Below are positions 21,250 through 30,426 of a stretch of 64,000 nt of DNA, piece by piece. The notes under the pieces are model-generated. The model worked only from the letters and a program-made list of their open reading frames with translations, ran no database searches and was not told the DNA's origin. Positions within the stretch are counted from its first letter, which is position 1. Each line of letters begins with the position of its first letter. Position numbers and translations under genes: made by a program. Origin of the DNA: Escherichia coli. GTDB taxonomy: Bacteria > Pseudomonadota > Gammaproteobacteria > Enterobacterales > Enterobacteriaceae. The stretch is from NCBI RefSeq assembly GCF_024700885.2, contig NZ_CP117016.1. One strand, written 5' to 3'.

Positions 21250-22242
21250 TTACACCACGCGGGCTTCTGTTTCCAGAAGCGCATCAGTTTCACGGATTGG
21301 TACACCACGGAATGACGTCCACCACTCGCCTTCTGTCTCTTTTACGCTGATAGCCAGAGATGTTTTCTCCAGAGACTGCAGATCAAGAGCCTGGCCTACA
21401 GTGCGGTTCATGTAGAACACCGGGCGGCCCATGCCACGGTTTGGAATGCGATGTAGTGCTTTAACCATCAACTTCGCAATATTTGCGGCAGAGGAAGGTT
21501 CTGAAAGATTGCTGACATCGATGTTTGCAATGCGAACAACATAACGCCAGTCACGCAGAGCAAGCCCGTTGTCCCATTTGTAATGGGTACGGTAGCCTTC
21601 GTACTTGCCGCCATTCGCATCTTCCAGTGTCACCTGGCCTTTATCTTCCATCTGGATGCCAGCCTTCTGCCCTTTCGGGAAGATGCCATGCACGGTGTTT
21701 TCACCCCACACCACTAACCAGATTGAGGTGTTATCTGTACCCGTGCCACCAGCATCAATGATGTTCTGAGCATTACCCGCAGACAGGCTGGAATAGCGGG
21801 AGGACAGTCCCATAAACTGCTGAGGGTTAACGCTGGAATCACCATAAAACAACGTCTGCGCCATCTGCTGATTCATCGCTTCAATAAATGCGCGGTCTTC
21901 AGACAGGCGGAACTCGGCGGTATTGCCGTTCAGATCAGCCAGTGACTTATCGACTTCAGCATAGGTTTCCAGCATGCCAACGGAATCGGTTACCTGCACT
22001 GTGGTTGATTTGCTTGGCTGTACGCCATAGTTCAGCAAACGCCAGGTAGCTGAAGGTAAACCAGAACGAATGGTGGTTCGGTGTCCGGTAGGAAGGTTCC
22101 CTTCGACAAAAGGCATATCCTGAAGGATCGGGTTAGTTTGACCGAGAAGCTCGATAATCTTATCGACTTTCCCGTTTGGATCGACGCGCTTACCCCAGTC
22201 AGCCAGCGTTAGCGCAGTTAAGCCTTTAACAGCCATTGTCAT
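21250..22242 (-). CDS. major capsid protein
   Basis: 330 aa, between scaffold and tail genes; strong codon usage. Confidence 0.7.
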   Translation of the reverse strand: MTMAVKGLTALTLADWGKRVDPNGKVDKIIELLGQTNPILQDMPFVEGNLPTGHRTTIRSGLPSATWRLLNYGVQPSKSTTVQVTDSVGMLETYAEVDKSLADLNGNTAEFRLSEDRAFIEAMNQQMAQTLFYGDSSVNPQQFMGLSSRYSSLSAGNAQNIIDAGGTGTDNTSIWLVVWGENTVHGIFPKGQKAGIQMEDKGQVTLEDANGGKYEGYRTHYKWDNGLALRDWRYVVRIANIDVSNLSEPSSAANIAKLMVKALHRIPNRGMGRPVFYMNRTVGQALDLQSLEKTSLAISVKETEGEWWTSFRGVPIRETDALLETEARVV

Positions 22243-22250
22243 TTCCTCTC

Positions 22251-22952
22251 TTATTTGCCATAGAGCACTTCGGCCGCACTACGCTGGCCTTCATTACCAC
22301 CGGTGACCATGCCATCTTCAGACATCGCCTTTCCGATTTTCACGAACGTTTTGACCAGATCAGGGTGATTACCCAGCCCGGTGGTGTTCAGATATTCTTT
22401 GAGTTCAGGTGTCCCGAACTGGTCAAGCGCACGCTGTGCGGCGCTAAGGTTAGAAATCAACTTGTCGCCACCGATTTCTTTGTCAGCTTTTACATCCGCA
22501 GCCCACTGCTCGGTTGTTTTCTGCCAGGCTTCTGCCTGGCGCTGCTGAACACCTGCCAGAATCTTCGGATAAGCATCAACCAGCTTTTGCGCTTGCTCGT
22601 TGGTCAGGTTAAGTTCTCGCGCCACTGGCTCGAATTCCTTCAACGCTTCTGTATCCAGCTCTACGCCTTCGGCAGCATGAAATTCGTACTTCTCCGGCGC
22701 ACCCTCTGGTTTATCGCCGTCCTTTTTTTCACCCTGCTTATCGTTTTCAGATTTTTTTTCATCATCAGGTTTATCGACATCAACAACAGGTTGTGGCTTA
22801 TCACCTTCCTGTTGTGATGGATCACCAGCTGGAGCAGGGTTATCACCTGCATGCGCTGACGGTTCTGACGCAGCCGGAGCTGCCCCACCATCGACTTGTT
22901 GCTCATTGCAAAGACGGCGATACAGCAAACGCTCAAATAAACTCATGATCAC
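22251..22952 (-). CDS. capsid scaffolding protein
   Basis: Acidic, Pro/Glu/Lys-rich low-complexity N-half, located between portal and capsid genes. Confidence 0.6.
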   Translation of the reverse strand: MIMSLFERLLYRRLCNEQQVDGGAAPAASEPSAHAGDNPAPAGDPSQQEGDKPQPVVDVDKPDDEKKSENDKQGEKKDGDKPEGAPEKYEFHAAEGVELDTEALKEFEPVARELNLTNEQAQKLVDAYPKILAGVQQRQAEAWQKTTEQWAADVKADKEIGGDKLISNLSAAQRALDQFGTPELKEYLNTTGLGNHPDLVKTFVKIGKAMSEDGMVTGGNEGQRSAAEVLYGK

Positions 22953-23245
22953 TCCTGTTCACTGGCCTCTTTGGCCATCTTCAAATACTGTTCAGGGCAA
23001 TGCGCCATAACGCGCTGAAACAGTTCCAGCGCCAGATTGCGTTGCCCCTCATTAAATGCCATTGCCATAGCATCCATCGGAGAGATAGCGGAAAACACCC
23101 GGCCTTTCTCCAGCACCGACCAGACAACGCGACGCCCCTGTTCACTGCTCATGACAAAGCGAATGTCATCAATTTCACGCTGTGCCATGTCACGTTGCTT
23201 ACGGGCGTTTTCTTCTTTCAGTTGATCGTCTTCGTAATCTGTCAT
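22949..23245 (-). CDS. hypothetical head-assembly protein
   Basis: Position between portal and scaffold; 4-nt overlaps. Confidence 0.45.
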   Translation of the reverse strand: MTDYEDDQLKEENARKQRDMAQREIDDIRFVMSSEQGRRVVWSVLEKGRVFSAISPMDAMAMAFNEGQRNLALELFQRVMAHCPEQYLKMAKEASEQE

Positions 23246-24921
23246 TGTGATTGCCCACCCTGACCACTAACTGCATTCGCCATAGCTGACAAAACACTCG
23301 GATCCGAAGTTTTAGCTTCGCTTAGCGTCTTGGCACCCTGTGCCGCCGCCATCCCCATCGCCATCATTTGTTGCTGCTGTTGTTGCTGTGCCCGTTGCTG
23401 GCGAGCCTGCTCAACCTGTTCCTGCGGAACAATGACGGTTGGAGACACTCCGGACATATCAGCGAATGCATCGATCGCCTGATCAACGTTGAGTTTGTCG
23501 AGAGCTTCTGGTTTCGCTTGCGCAAGTTGACCAATAAAGTTGACCGTGGATGCCAGACTGGACAGGCCGATAGACTTCTGCGCCTGAGCCATGACGGAAA
23601 TGTATTCGACCTTCAGGGGCATACCTTCCATCGCGTCAGGCGGTGGCGGCAGCATGTTTTTACGCACCATCATCGAGAAAGCGCGGTCAATGAGAGGATT
23701 AAGACATTCGTCGTTCAGACGCTCCAGAACCGGCCCCAACATCAGAAGTTTTTCTTCTTTCATTTCGATCACCGCTTCAACAGGCATCGAGCGGGTATTG
23801 ATGTTCTGCAACATCATGAACAGATCGACAAAGTAGGCGCTGTTAATGATTTGACGAGTGTCCTGAATGTCTGCCACCAAATCTGCTGTACTGGGGTTAA
23901 CCAGATAAGCAGGCCTGAAACCATCCTGACCAGTAATCTGATCGATATACGTGATGTCGCCAGGAAGAAGGGAGGCACGCTGATTCTTGAGGGAAATCGG
24001 AGCAACCATCGGCGGATTGGTGGCTTTATCAATCAACTGCGACTTGCGCTTCTGGAGAAGCTGCAATGCCTTAACAGGTCCAAGCGCCAGCATACCCGGG
24101 CATGATGATCCATAAACATCTTCGCCGTTAACTTCCCAGCGCGGAGCCATAATTGGAAACTCATCGAATCCGGACTCACGCAACAACTTGTCGTTATCGC
24201 CACCAACCTCGTAATAAACCGATTTGAATGGCTTGTTCTTGCTATCCAGCTTCGATGTATCGCGGTCAATGTTCGGGTAAACCGAATGCATCACTTCAAT
24301 CCACTTCTCGTAGGTGCCGCTTTCCCACATGCTTTTTACGGATTCGCTGACGTTATTTAGCCCGAACTCCTGAACAAGCTGACGAACAGTCATAGAGAAC
24401 TTGCGAAAACAGGTGTCAACACTGCCACGAGGTGAGTTAGCCAGGTAGTAACTTCCTATCGGGAATGGCATTGTACGAATGATGTCCTCGTCATCCTCCA
24501 GCACCGCCATTGCGCCAGTGCTGTATGTGCCGAGGCTTCCGTATAACTGCGGCAGCGACTGATAGAGATTCGACTTATTGAACATATCGTTCATGCGGTT
24601 CTGCACCGCCTCAAGCCACAACTTAACAGGGCCATAATCCATCATTTCAGGATCTGGCGTAGCCAGGCGAAACCACGGACGCGCTGGGCTTGTGATGCCT
24701 GACATCATGCCGCTGGCGAGAGTGCGCGCCGCCATAGTCCCGGTCGAATCAATAATGCGTGTATTGCGTCGATCGTTACGGTTGACCTCAGAAGTCAGAA
24801 AGCGGGAACCACGCGGGTTGATGTAATCACTCAACTCGCGCCAGTGCGGCTCGAACGACTGACGCTCGCTTTCAAGTTGTGCGAACTGTTTGTTCAATCG
24901 CTCTTTAGTTGTTTCCGCCAT
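23242..24921 (-). CDS. portal protein (head-to-tail connector)
   Basis: 559 aa; Gln/Ala/Met-rich C-terminal tail as in T7-like portals; first large gene of the head operon. Confidence 0.75.
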   Translation of the reverse strand: MAETTKERLNKQFAQLESERQSFEPHWRELSDYINPRGSRFLTSEVNRNDRRNTRIIDSTGTMAARTLASGMMSGITSPARPWFRLATPDPEMMDYGPVKLWLEAVQNRMNDMFNKSNLYQSLPQLYGSLGTYSTGAMAVLEDDEDIIRTMPFPIGSYYLANSPRGSVDTCFRKFSMTVRQLVQEFGLNNVSESVKSMWESGTYEKWIEVMHSVYPNIDRDTSKLDSKNKPFKSVYYEVGGDNDKLLRESGFDEFPIMAPRWEVNGEDVYGSSCPGMLALGPVKALQLLQKRKSQLIDKATNPPMVAPISLKNQRASLLPGDITYIDQITGQDGFRPAYLVNPSTADLVADIQDTRQIINSAYFVDLFMMLQNINTRSMPVEAVIEMKEEKLLMLGPVLERLNDECLNPLIDRAFSMMVRKNMLPPPPDAMEGMPLKVEYISVMAQAQKSIGLSSLASTVNFIGQLAQAKPEALDKLNVDQAIDAFADMSGVSPTVIVPQEQVEQARQQRAQQQQQQQMMAMGMAAAQGAKTLSEAKTSDPSVLSAMANAVSGQGGQSQ

Positions 24922-24935
24922 TTCAATGACTCCGG

Positions 24936-25142
24936 TTACTGACCAAGCAGCGTTTTACCGCTGGTATTAGCGGTTGATGTGTCGCCCTGAGAACCGGTAA
25001 GCAGCGTAGAACTACGACCAGCAGCAGCGCGACGGCGACGAGTTTCTTCGTCGCGGGCATCAACAACGGCGGCATCCTGCTCCTGTGGTGCTGCCTGAAC
25101 TTCTGGTGTTGCAGGCACTGATGGTGAGCTACCCATGCACAT
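24936..25142 (-). CDS. small hypothetical protein upstream of portal
   Basis: GGAG Shine-Dalgarno; low complexity; weak. Confidence 0.3.
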   Translation of the reverse strand: MCMGSSPSVPATPEVQAAPQEQDAAVVDARDEETRRRRAAAGRSSTLLTGSQGDTSTANTSGKTLLGQ

Positions 25143-25232
25143 ATCAATGACTCCGTACGCAATTAAATTATTACCAATTTAACCACATATGATTTATTTA
25201 TCGTAGATAGTTGACATTTAACGCACAAATTA

Positions 25233-25247
25233 TTACCTTTAAGGTAA
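25233..25247. promoter_or_regulatory. operator TTACC-TTTAA-GGTAA at start of head operon (with AACCACATATGA motif at 25181-25194)
   Basis: Same palindrome family as the immunity-region operators. Confidence 0.5.
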
Positions 25248-25569
25248 CTAAAGAGTTCATTCCGGTTACTAACCTGACTGGCTTGTCGTTAAATTGAACA
25301 GGTGGAGTGAGCTTTTATTTTGAGCAGTACGGCGTATGGCACATGCGCCGATAGCGGTCTGGATACGTTTAAGGGGCACCCTCCCTTGCTCGGGCAAACG
25401 AACCAGGTAGCCGGAATGTGCAAGTCGAGCGGTTTTATTCCGCGCACGGGGATTCACCATCCCGGCTATTCGGTGTGACGCCTCGGAATAGACGAGGGTA
25501 CAACGATGAGAGCATTTATGGAGCTGCGACAAAGTGTGGCGCATTAACAGGCTAAGTGCTCTCAGCGTT

Positions 25570-25646
25570 GTGGCATTAGCTCAGCTGGACAGAGCAACCG
25601 CCTTCTAAGCGGTTGGTCGCAGGTTCGAATCCTGCATGCCACGCCA
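25570..25646 (+). tRNA. tRNA-Arg (anticodon UCU), phage-encoded
   Basis: Perfect 7-bp acceptor stem GTGGCAT/ATGCCAC, D-arm GCTC..GAGC, anticodon loop CTTCTAA, T-loop GGTTCGAATCC, discriminator G and CCA. Confidence 0.9.
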
Positions 25647-25689
25647 GAATCACGCCTAAGGACCGTGATGCCAGAAGTTCCAGGTGCTT

Positions 25690-25732
25690 GGCGGTGATGG
25701 TTTCCCTTGAAGGACTATCACCGCCCTTTTTT
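25690..25732 (+). terminator. rho-independent terminator downstream of tRNA
   Basis: 9-bp stem GGCGGTGAT / ATCACCGCC followed by T-run. Confidence 0.55.
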
Positions 25733-25942
25733 ACAGCAGGACGCCATTGCGATGACTTCATGCTGTAAACCCGTACAGCCACGGAAGGCATAACTCATTG
25801 CTTCCAGTTCGCCCGGTTCGCCGGGCATTTTTTTGGCGTGATACGTCACAATTATGATATCGATGCAGATTACGACATACATGAAAAACATGTCATAGTA
25901 TCTCCTGAGGTTAATCTCGATTCAAAAAGAGGATGATTTATA

Positions 25943-26290
25943 ATGATTAAAATCAATAACGTACGTGGTGCTAACGTTAGCGTCAACGGAGAAGACTTCA
26001 CTGGTCATCATATTACGATTAACAATGGAAAAGTGATCGTTGATGGTGTCGAAAAAAATAGCAATCTTGACGGACAGATTAACGTAACAATTAATGGAAG
26101 CGTGGAAGGCGTTGAGATTGAAAATGGATCAGTGACTGTAAGCGGTGATGCACATTATGTGAAAACTATGTCTGGTGATGTCCATTGTTCCAATGTATTG
26201 GGAAATGTAAACACCATGTCTGGAGATGTAATCTGCGAAACTGTTGGTGGAAACGCCAGCACAATGTCTGGAAATATTATCAAGAAATAA
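25943..26290 (+). CDS. small repeat-rich beta-strand protein (115 aa), moron; possibly bactofilin-like beta-helix
   Basis: Strong Shine-Dalgarno AAGAGGA; internal repeats of V/I-x-G-x-V and TMSGDV motifs; opposite strand to the surrounding operon. Confidence 0.55.
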   Translation: MIKINNVRGANVSVNGEDFTGHHITINNGKVIVDGVEKNSNLDGQINVTINGSVEGVEIENGSVTVSGDAHYVKTMSGDVHCSNVLGNVNTMSGDVICETVGGNASTMSGNIIKK

Positions 26291-26375
26291 TTATTTAAAA
26301 ATAAAGCCCGCCAAATGCGCGCGCTTTGTTTTATCCTCACCAGAGGATATCAACGACATTATCCCCACCAGCGGA

Positions 26376-27851
26376 TTAAGCATAGGGATCGTAATCTGTA
26401 ATGGCCTTGCCTTGCTGGTTCTGCTGACCTGGAATTCGCAGACGCTTCGACACAGGGAACGCAAACGTCAGCAGTAGCGCATCGCCTTTACCCGGCGAAC
26501 GCCCAAGCCGCTCCTTGATATCCTCCTTCGGTTCGATAACGATTTTACCGTCCACGCGAACTTTGTACTCTGCCGCCGACAGGTCGTCTGCAGTTTCCTG
26601 GTCATCCAGCATGCCGCCCAGCCTCAGCCATGTCTTGCATGAGTTGAACATCTCCCCGCGCTTGTTGAGCATCTGAGGGTCAGTTGACGCGCCACCGAAC
26701 GGAACAAGTTGCCATGTGCGCCCCCAGCCGTCACCGATTGACTTCAGGCCAGTACCGTAACCGAAGTCGATGAACACCGCGTCGGCCTGATACTGGTCTT
26801 CAAAGTCAGCGATACGCTTCGCCATAATCAGATCGTCGGTGGTCTTGTTGCCAGTCCACAGCACCTTACTGTGCAGCCCCTGCCGCAGGTATATCACCGC
26901 GTCATCAACGCCGGAGTATGCCGGGTCAACTCCGATTATCACCGGAGCATGTGCCACCTGCGCAGCGGTTACCACCCGTTTCATTGCCTCGTCAGTAAGA
27001 CCGGTAGGGATAAACTGCAATTCAGATGCATCAGGGAATATGCCACGCACACGGATTTTAACGAAGTCGCTGTCTTCCCCGTAGTCATCAACCCATTTCT
27101 GCAACTGCTGTTTGTTAGTGCCTTCCACCGTCCGGCTGTCAATCTGCGCAGTTTTCCAGCGGTGTTTATATTTGCGGAAACATTCTCGGAAACGTCCGGT
27201 ATTACGCGTCGGGTTTCCGAACGCCACCCAGATAATCTCAGTGTCTTCGTCCGTAAGCGCACCCTCGGCAACTTCCCACACCAGATCCGCAATGTTCGAC
27301 GCTTCATCGAATACCACGATGATACGTTTGCGCTCGTTGTGTAGTCCGGCGAACGCCTCAGTATTGTGCTCAGACCAGGGGATTGCGTCAGCTCGCCACC
27401 GCTTGTCGTGCCCAGGATCATTGCTGTACATCGCGGTAGCGGTACAGGTGAACCAGTCTTTCGTGATAGCAAGGTTCGACCACTTGATAATTTCCGGCCA
27501 GGTCTTCGTTCGTAGCTGGTTGTCGGTGTTGGCGGTCACCACGATCTTACAATCCTCGCAAGTGGACATGCCCCAGTTGATCAGCATTGAGATGAATGCG
27601 GATTTACCAATACCGTGACCAGAAGCGCGTGCCAGCATAAGCGGCTGATAGCGCGTCTCTGGATTCTGCAGGTGATCACGTATCTCTCGGAACGCATCAG
27701 CCTGCCACTGACGTGGGCCGGTGGCATGTGCCAGTTCAGTCCCCTCTTCCCCCCACGGGAACGCATAGAGGGCATAGCCAAGCGGATCGTGAGTGAACCC
27801 TGCAATATCCTCGATCAACTGCTCTTCAGGAGATAACGCTGTATCTGTCAC
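26376..27851 (-). CDS. terminase large subunit
   Basis: Walker A-like SGHGIGKS; ~490 aa; followed by the portal gene. Confidence 0.85.
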   Translation of the reverse strand: MTDTALSPEEQLIEDIAGFTHDPLGYALYAFPWGEEGTELAHATGPRQWQADAFREIRDHLQNPETRYQPLMLARASGHGIGKSAFISMLINWGMSTCEDCKIVVTANTDNQLRTKTWPEIIKWSNLAITKDWFTCTATAMYSNDPGHDKRWRADAIPWSEHNTEAFAGLHNERKRIIVVFDEASNIADLVWEVAEGALTDEDTEIIWVAFGNPTRNTGRFRECFRKYKHRWKTAQIDSRTVEGTNKQQLQKWVDDYGEDSDFVKIRVRGIFPDASELQFIPTGLTDEAMKRVVTAAQVAHAPVIIGVDPAYSGVDDAVIYLRQGLHSKVLWTGNKTTDDLIMAKRIADFEDQYQADAVFIDFGYGTGLKSIGDGWGRTWQLVPFGGASTDPQMLNKRGEMFNSCKTWLRLGGMLDDQETADDLSAAEYKVRVDGKIVIEPKEDIKERLGRSPGKGDALLLTFAFPVSKRLRIPGQQNQQGKAITDYDPYA

Positions 27852-28522
27852 TGATTACCATCCTGACGTTCTTTGAGTCGCTTCCTGGCTGCTGCTATGC
27901 GATCAGCAATTGTCACATTCACATTAACATCCAGACGTTCTTTGAACGCGTTGACATCAACATGCTTACCAATCAGCTCAAGGTTCTTCACCTTGTCAGG
28001 CCATTTAATTTTTTTGAGGATTGTCTCTATCGAATCCTCGTTCATGTTCATGATGGTCGATGACAGATCAAAGCCACTAAGCGTAGTGCGCCAGATTTTC
28101 GGCCACTCGCGGATTGGCTTAAGGCTCCCATCGTCGTTGAGGATGTCGATCACATCCATCTGGTCGATCTCCACCAGGCGCATAAGAACGTAATCGGCAC
28201 TGACGCGCATTCGTTTGTTGCGCTCCTCCATCAGCTCGGCAATCCGTTTTTGAATGCGTTCATCGCGCATCATGACACTGGCTTTAACTGCCGCTGTATT
28301 TGGGGAGAATCCTGCGTTAATCGCTGCCTGAGTCTGGTTTTCAGGCGTTTTGATGTATGACTGGCAATAAGCCTCCTGCATTGCTGTTAGTGGCTTAAAT
28401 TGCGTTGATTTGCGTTTATAGGTTTTAGGTTCAGCAGGCATCATAACCACCGTGGTAATAGTTACCGTTTTGGTAATAGTACCATGCAAAACAAAGCCGC
28501 CATAGTTGGCGGCAGTATTCAA
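27848..28522 (-). CDS. terminase small subunit
   Basis: Overlaps terminase large start by 4 nt; start may instead be the MMPAEPK Met at 28444. Confidence 0.6.
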   Translation of the reverse strand: MNTAANYGGFVLHGTITKTVTITTVVMMPAEPKTYKRKSTQFKPLTAMQEAYCQSYIKTPENQTQAAINAGFSPNTAAVKASVMMRDERIQKRIAELMEERNKRMRVSADYVLMRLVEIDQMDVIDILNDDGSLKPIREWPKIWRTTLSGFDLSSTIMNMNEDSIETILKKIKWPDKVKNLELIGKHVDVNAFKERLDVNVNVTIADRIAAARKRLKERQDGNQ

Positions 28523-28554
28523 AACCCATCAAATTCATCATGCATAATCTACTC

Positions 28555-28566
28555 GTGACATGTCAC
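28555..28566. repeat. 12-bp perfect palindrome GTGACATGTCAC (copy 2)
   Basis: Identical to 8370-8381; sits immediately upstream of the terminase small subunit gene. Confidence 0.8.
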
Positions 28567-28904
28567 ACTATTAATTTCGTTTCATGCCAGCCTTTAGTCA
28601 CCCAGCATTGCGAGTCACCATTACACGGGCATGAATTAACTGGAACTCTCCCGCCGCACTTACCGCAACGTTTTCTGCTGATCGATTTTATACGCCCGCG
28701 CACGCGTGCATCATCCTGGCGGATCAGTAACGCTATATACTCACCAAATTCGTAAGGCGCACGCCCGGGGCGACGCGTGGCACAGTTACGCTCCAGCATT
28801 TCAATTTCCTGAGCATCAAGCACAATTTCCAGCTTACGCACACCAGATGCAGCTTGTCTGGCTCTCTGAGCGGCTTTGCGCTCTGCTGCTGATTTAGCCA
28901 TCAA
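28563..28904 (-). CDS. basic protein with C-terminal Cys cluster (putative zinc ribbon); candidate late-gene regulator
   Basis: RCGKCGG...CPCNG motif; located just upstream of the terminase genes. Confidence 0.45.
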   Translation of the reverse strand: MMAKSAAERKAAQRARQAASGVRKLEIVLDAQEIEMLERNCATRRPGRAPYEFGEYIALLIRQDDARVRGRIKSISRKRCGKCGGRVPVNSCPCNGDSQCWVTKGWHETKLIV

Positions 28905-28936
28905 TATTTACCTTTATCGCGAACACCTTTACCGGT

Positions 28937-29179
28937 TTATCTCCTTTGCATGGCACGTAATTTTTTCAGATGGTTCTCCTGTTCTGTTTCAGCCAGGATC
29001 TGGTGATATTCTCTGTGATCAATGTGTTCGAATAAATTATTGAATTTTCTGATGCACACCCTTCCAGGATAGCCATCCATCCTCTTGAAGAACACTGAGT
29101 GATCAGTACTACGAATGATTTTTACTGGATAGCCGGCGCTATCGGTGTATATCTGACCACGTTGAATCAGAGAGAACAT
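28937..29179 (-). CDS. hypothetical protein
   Basis: ORF in early-right operon. Confidence 0.4.
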   Translation of the reverse strand: MFSLIQRGQIYTDSAGYPVKIIRSTDHSVFFKRMDGYPGRVCIRKFNNLFEHIDHREYHQILAETEQENHLKKLRAMQRR

Positions 29180-29240
29180 TCGCTTATCCCCAGATAAAAA
29201 TATAGCAATACCAATTACATAAAATACTTCAGGCCAAGCA

Positions 29241-30026
29241 TCATTTCACCTCCTGCGGCGGTTCTGGTAGAGGCATCCAGTGTGACGGTTTCCACGACGC
29301 ACCAGGAATTATCCACCCATCATTAGCGTCAGGATGCCCGGGGATGTAAGTAGCCCATTTCATTCGCCAGTCACCTTTCCTGTCAAACTCCACGGCAACA
29401 AGAACGGCTGTTTTGGTATTCGGCATTCGCTCACTACAGCTTATCCAACCATCCGGAGTTACCGGAGAGTTGACAGCCAGTCTGCGCAAAACAGCCTTAA
29501 CAGCCTCAATACGGTCATCATCGCAATTTTCCAGCGTATCTATGCGGTCGAGCATGATGATGGCGTTATCAATATCAGGATTGCCAGTCCACTCATTACT
29601 GCGATTGGATTCGGCAGCCTGGTTGCCAGATGCTGGTTGATTGTCGGCTTGGCTATAGCTAACAGCACGGCAGGCATCCTCTACGCCTTTAACTGCATCT
29701 GCGCAGTAGTTATAGCGATTGCATTCCACTAACTTCTGCTTGAGGTTTTCAATTGCTTGCGCGACATTAGCCTGTGTTACCGGCACAGGTGGAGCGGCGA
29801 ATAGATATCCTCCAAAGTCAGGAAGCTCTCCAATGGCCTGTACGAACTTTTGTTTGCCTACGTCAATTCCTAATGGGTAGTGAGCTATAATTTTTGCCAC
29901 TGGCTCTGCCTCCAGCGATGCCAGAGCAATTTCATAAGCACGGCGCTCAATATTGTCTCGCACGTCCAGGCTGCCGATTCGCTCTTTGATTTCTTTAATC
30001 AGTTCTTTGTCGGTTAAAGTGGTCAT
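29241..30026 (-). CDS. DUF551-domain phage protein
   Basis: C-terminal WISCSERMP...WMPLPEPP motif characteristic of DUF551. Confidence 0.6.
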   Translation of the reverse strand: MTTLTDKELIKEIKERIGSLDVRDNIERRAYEIALASLEAEPVAKIIAHYPLGIDVGKQKFVQAIGELPDFGGYLFAAPPVPVTQANVAQAIENLKQKLVECNRYNYCADAVKGVEDACRAVSYSQADNQPASGNQAAESNRSNEWTGNPDIDNAIIMLDRIDTLENCDDDRIEAVKAVLRRLAVNSPVTPDGWISCSERMPNTKTAVLVAVEFDRKGDWRMKWATYIPGHPDANDGWIIPGASWKPSHWMPLPEPPQEVK

Positions 30027-30232
30027 TTGTTAATCCTCAAAACTTTATGCCCGGGCGCAAAAGCACGCGTTTTGTCTTTGCTTATTCGCCACCCGTCTTT
30101 ACGGGCCTCTTTTGCACAACCAGACCATGACGTACCGATATACTCACCGAAGTTTGGCACTGGATATACACCTTCCGTACACTGGCGACAATCACAATAG
30201 AGATGCATGGTGTAACTTGCGGCAATAGCCAT
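30023..30232 (-). CDS. small Cys-containing hypothetical protein (69 aa)
   Basis: Start set at internal Met with strong AAAGGAGAG Shine-Dalgarno. Confidence 0.5.
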   Translation of the reverse strand: MAIAASYTMHLYCDCRQCTEGVYPVPNFGEYIGTSWSGCAKEARKDGWRISKDKTRAFAPGHKVLRINK

Positions 30233-30233
30233 A

Positions 30234-30422
30234 TCACTCTCCTTTAGTACGCAAGTGGTTTTTCCAGCGGTTTTGCGCCGCGCTGGGCTTTTTGCAAAAA
30301 CCACAATCCATCATCCCGTAATGTTTCATTAACCCCATCCGTCGGTTGCTGAGTCTCACCCACTGCCAGACGCCAGGACCGTTTCTGCGAACTAATAGGA
30401 TTTTTGCTTTACGGTTTTTCAT
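30234..30422 (-). CDS. small basic hypothetical protein (62 aa)
   Basis: Fills the gap between neighbouring genes; weak ribosome-binding site. Confidence 0.3.
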   Translation of the reverse strand: MKNRKAKILLVRRNGPGVWQWVRLSNRRMGLMKHYGMMDCGFCKKPSAAQNRWKNHLRTKGE

Positions 30423-30426
30423 CGCT

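Noticed and set aside
25269-25544. 91-aa minus-strand ORF upstream of the tRNA
   Set aside because: No ribosome-binding site, Arg/His-rich low-complexity translation, overlaps a GC-rich structured region; more likely non-coding leader
25570-25646. tRNA gene as the prophage attachment site
   Set aside because: The tRNA lies ~15 kb inside the prophage between terminase and portal genes; the direct repeats and integrase are at the guaA end, so the tRNA is cargo rather than att
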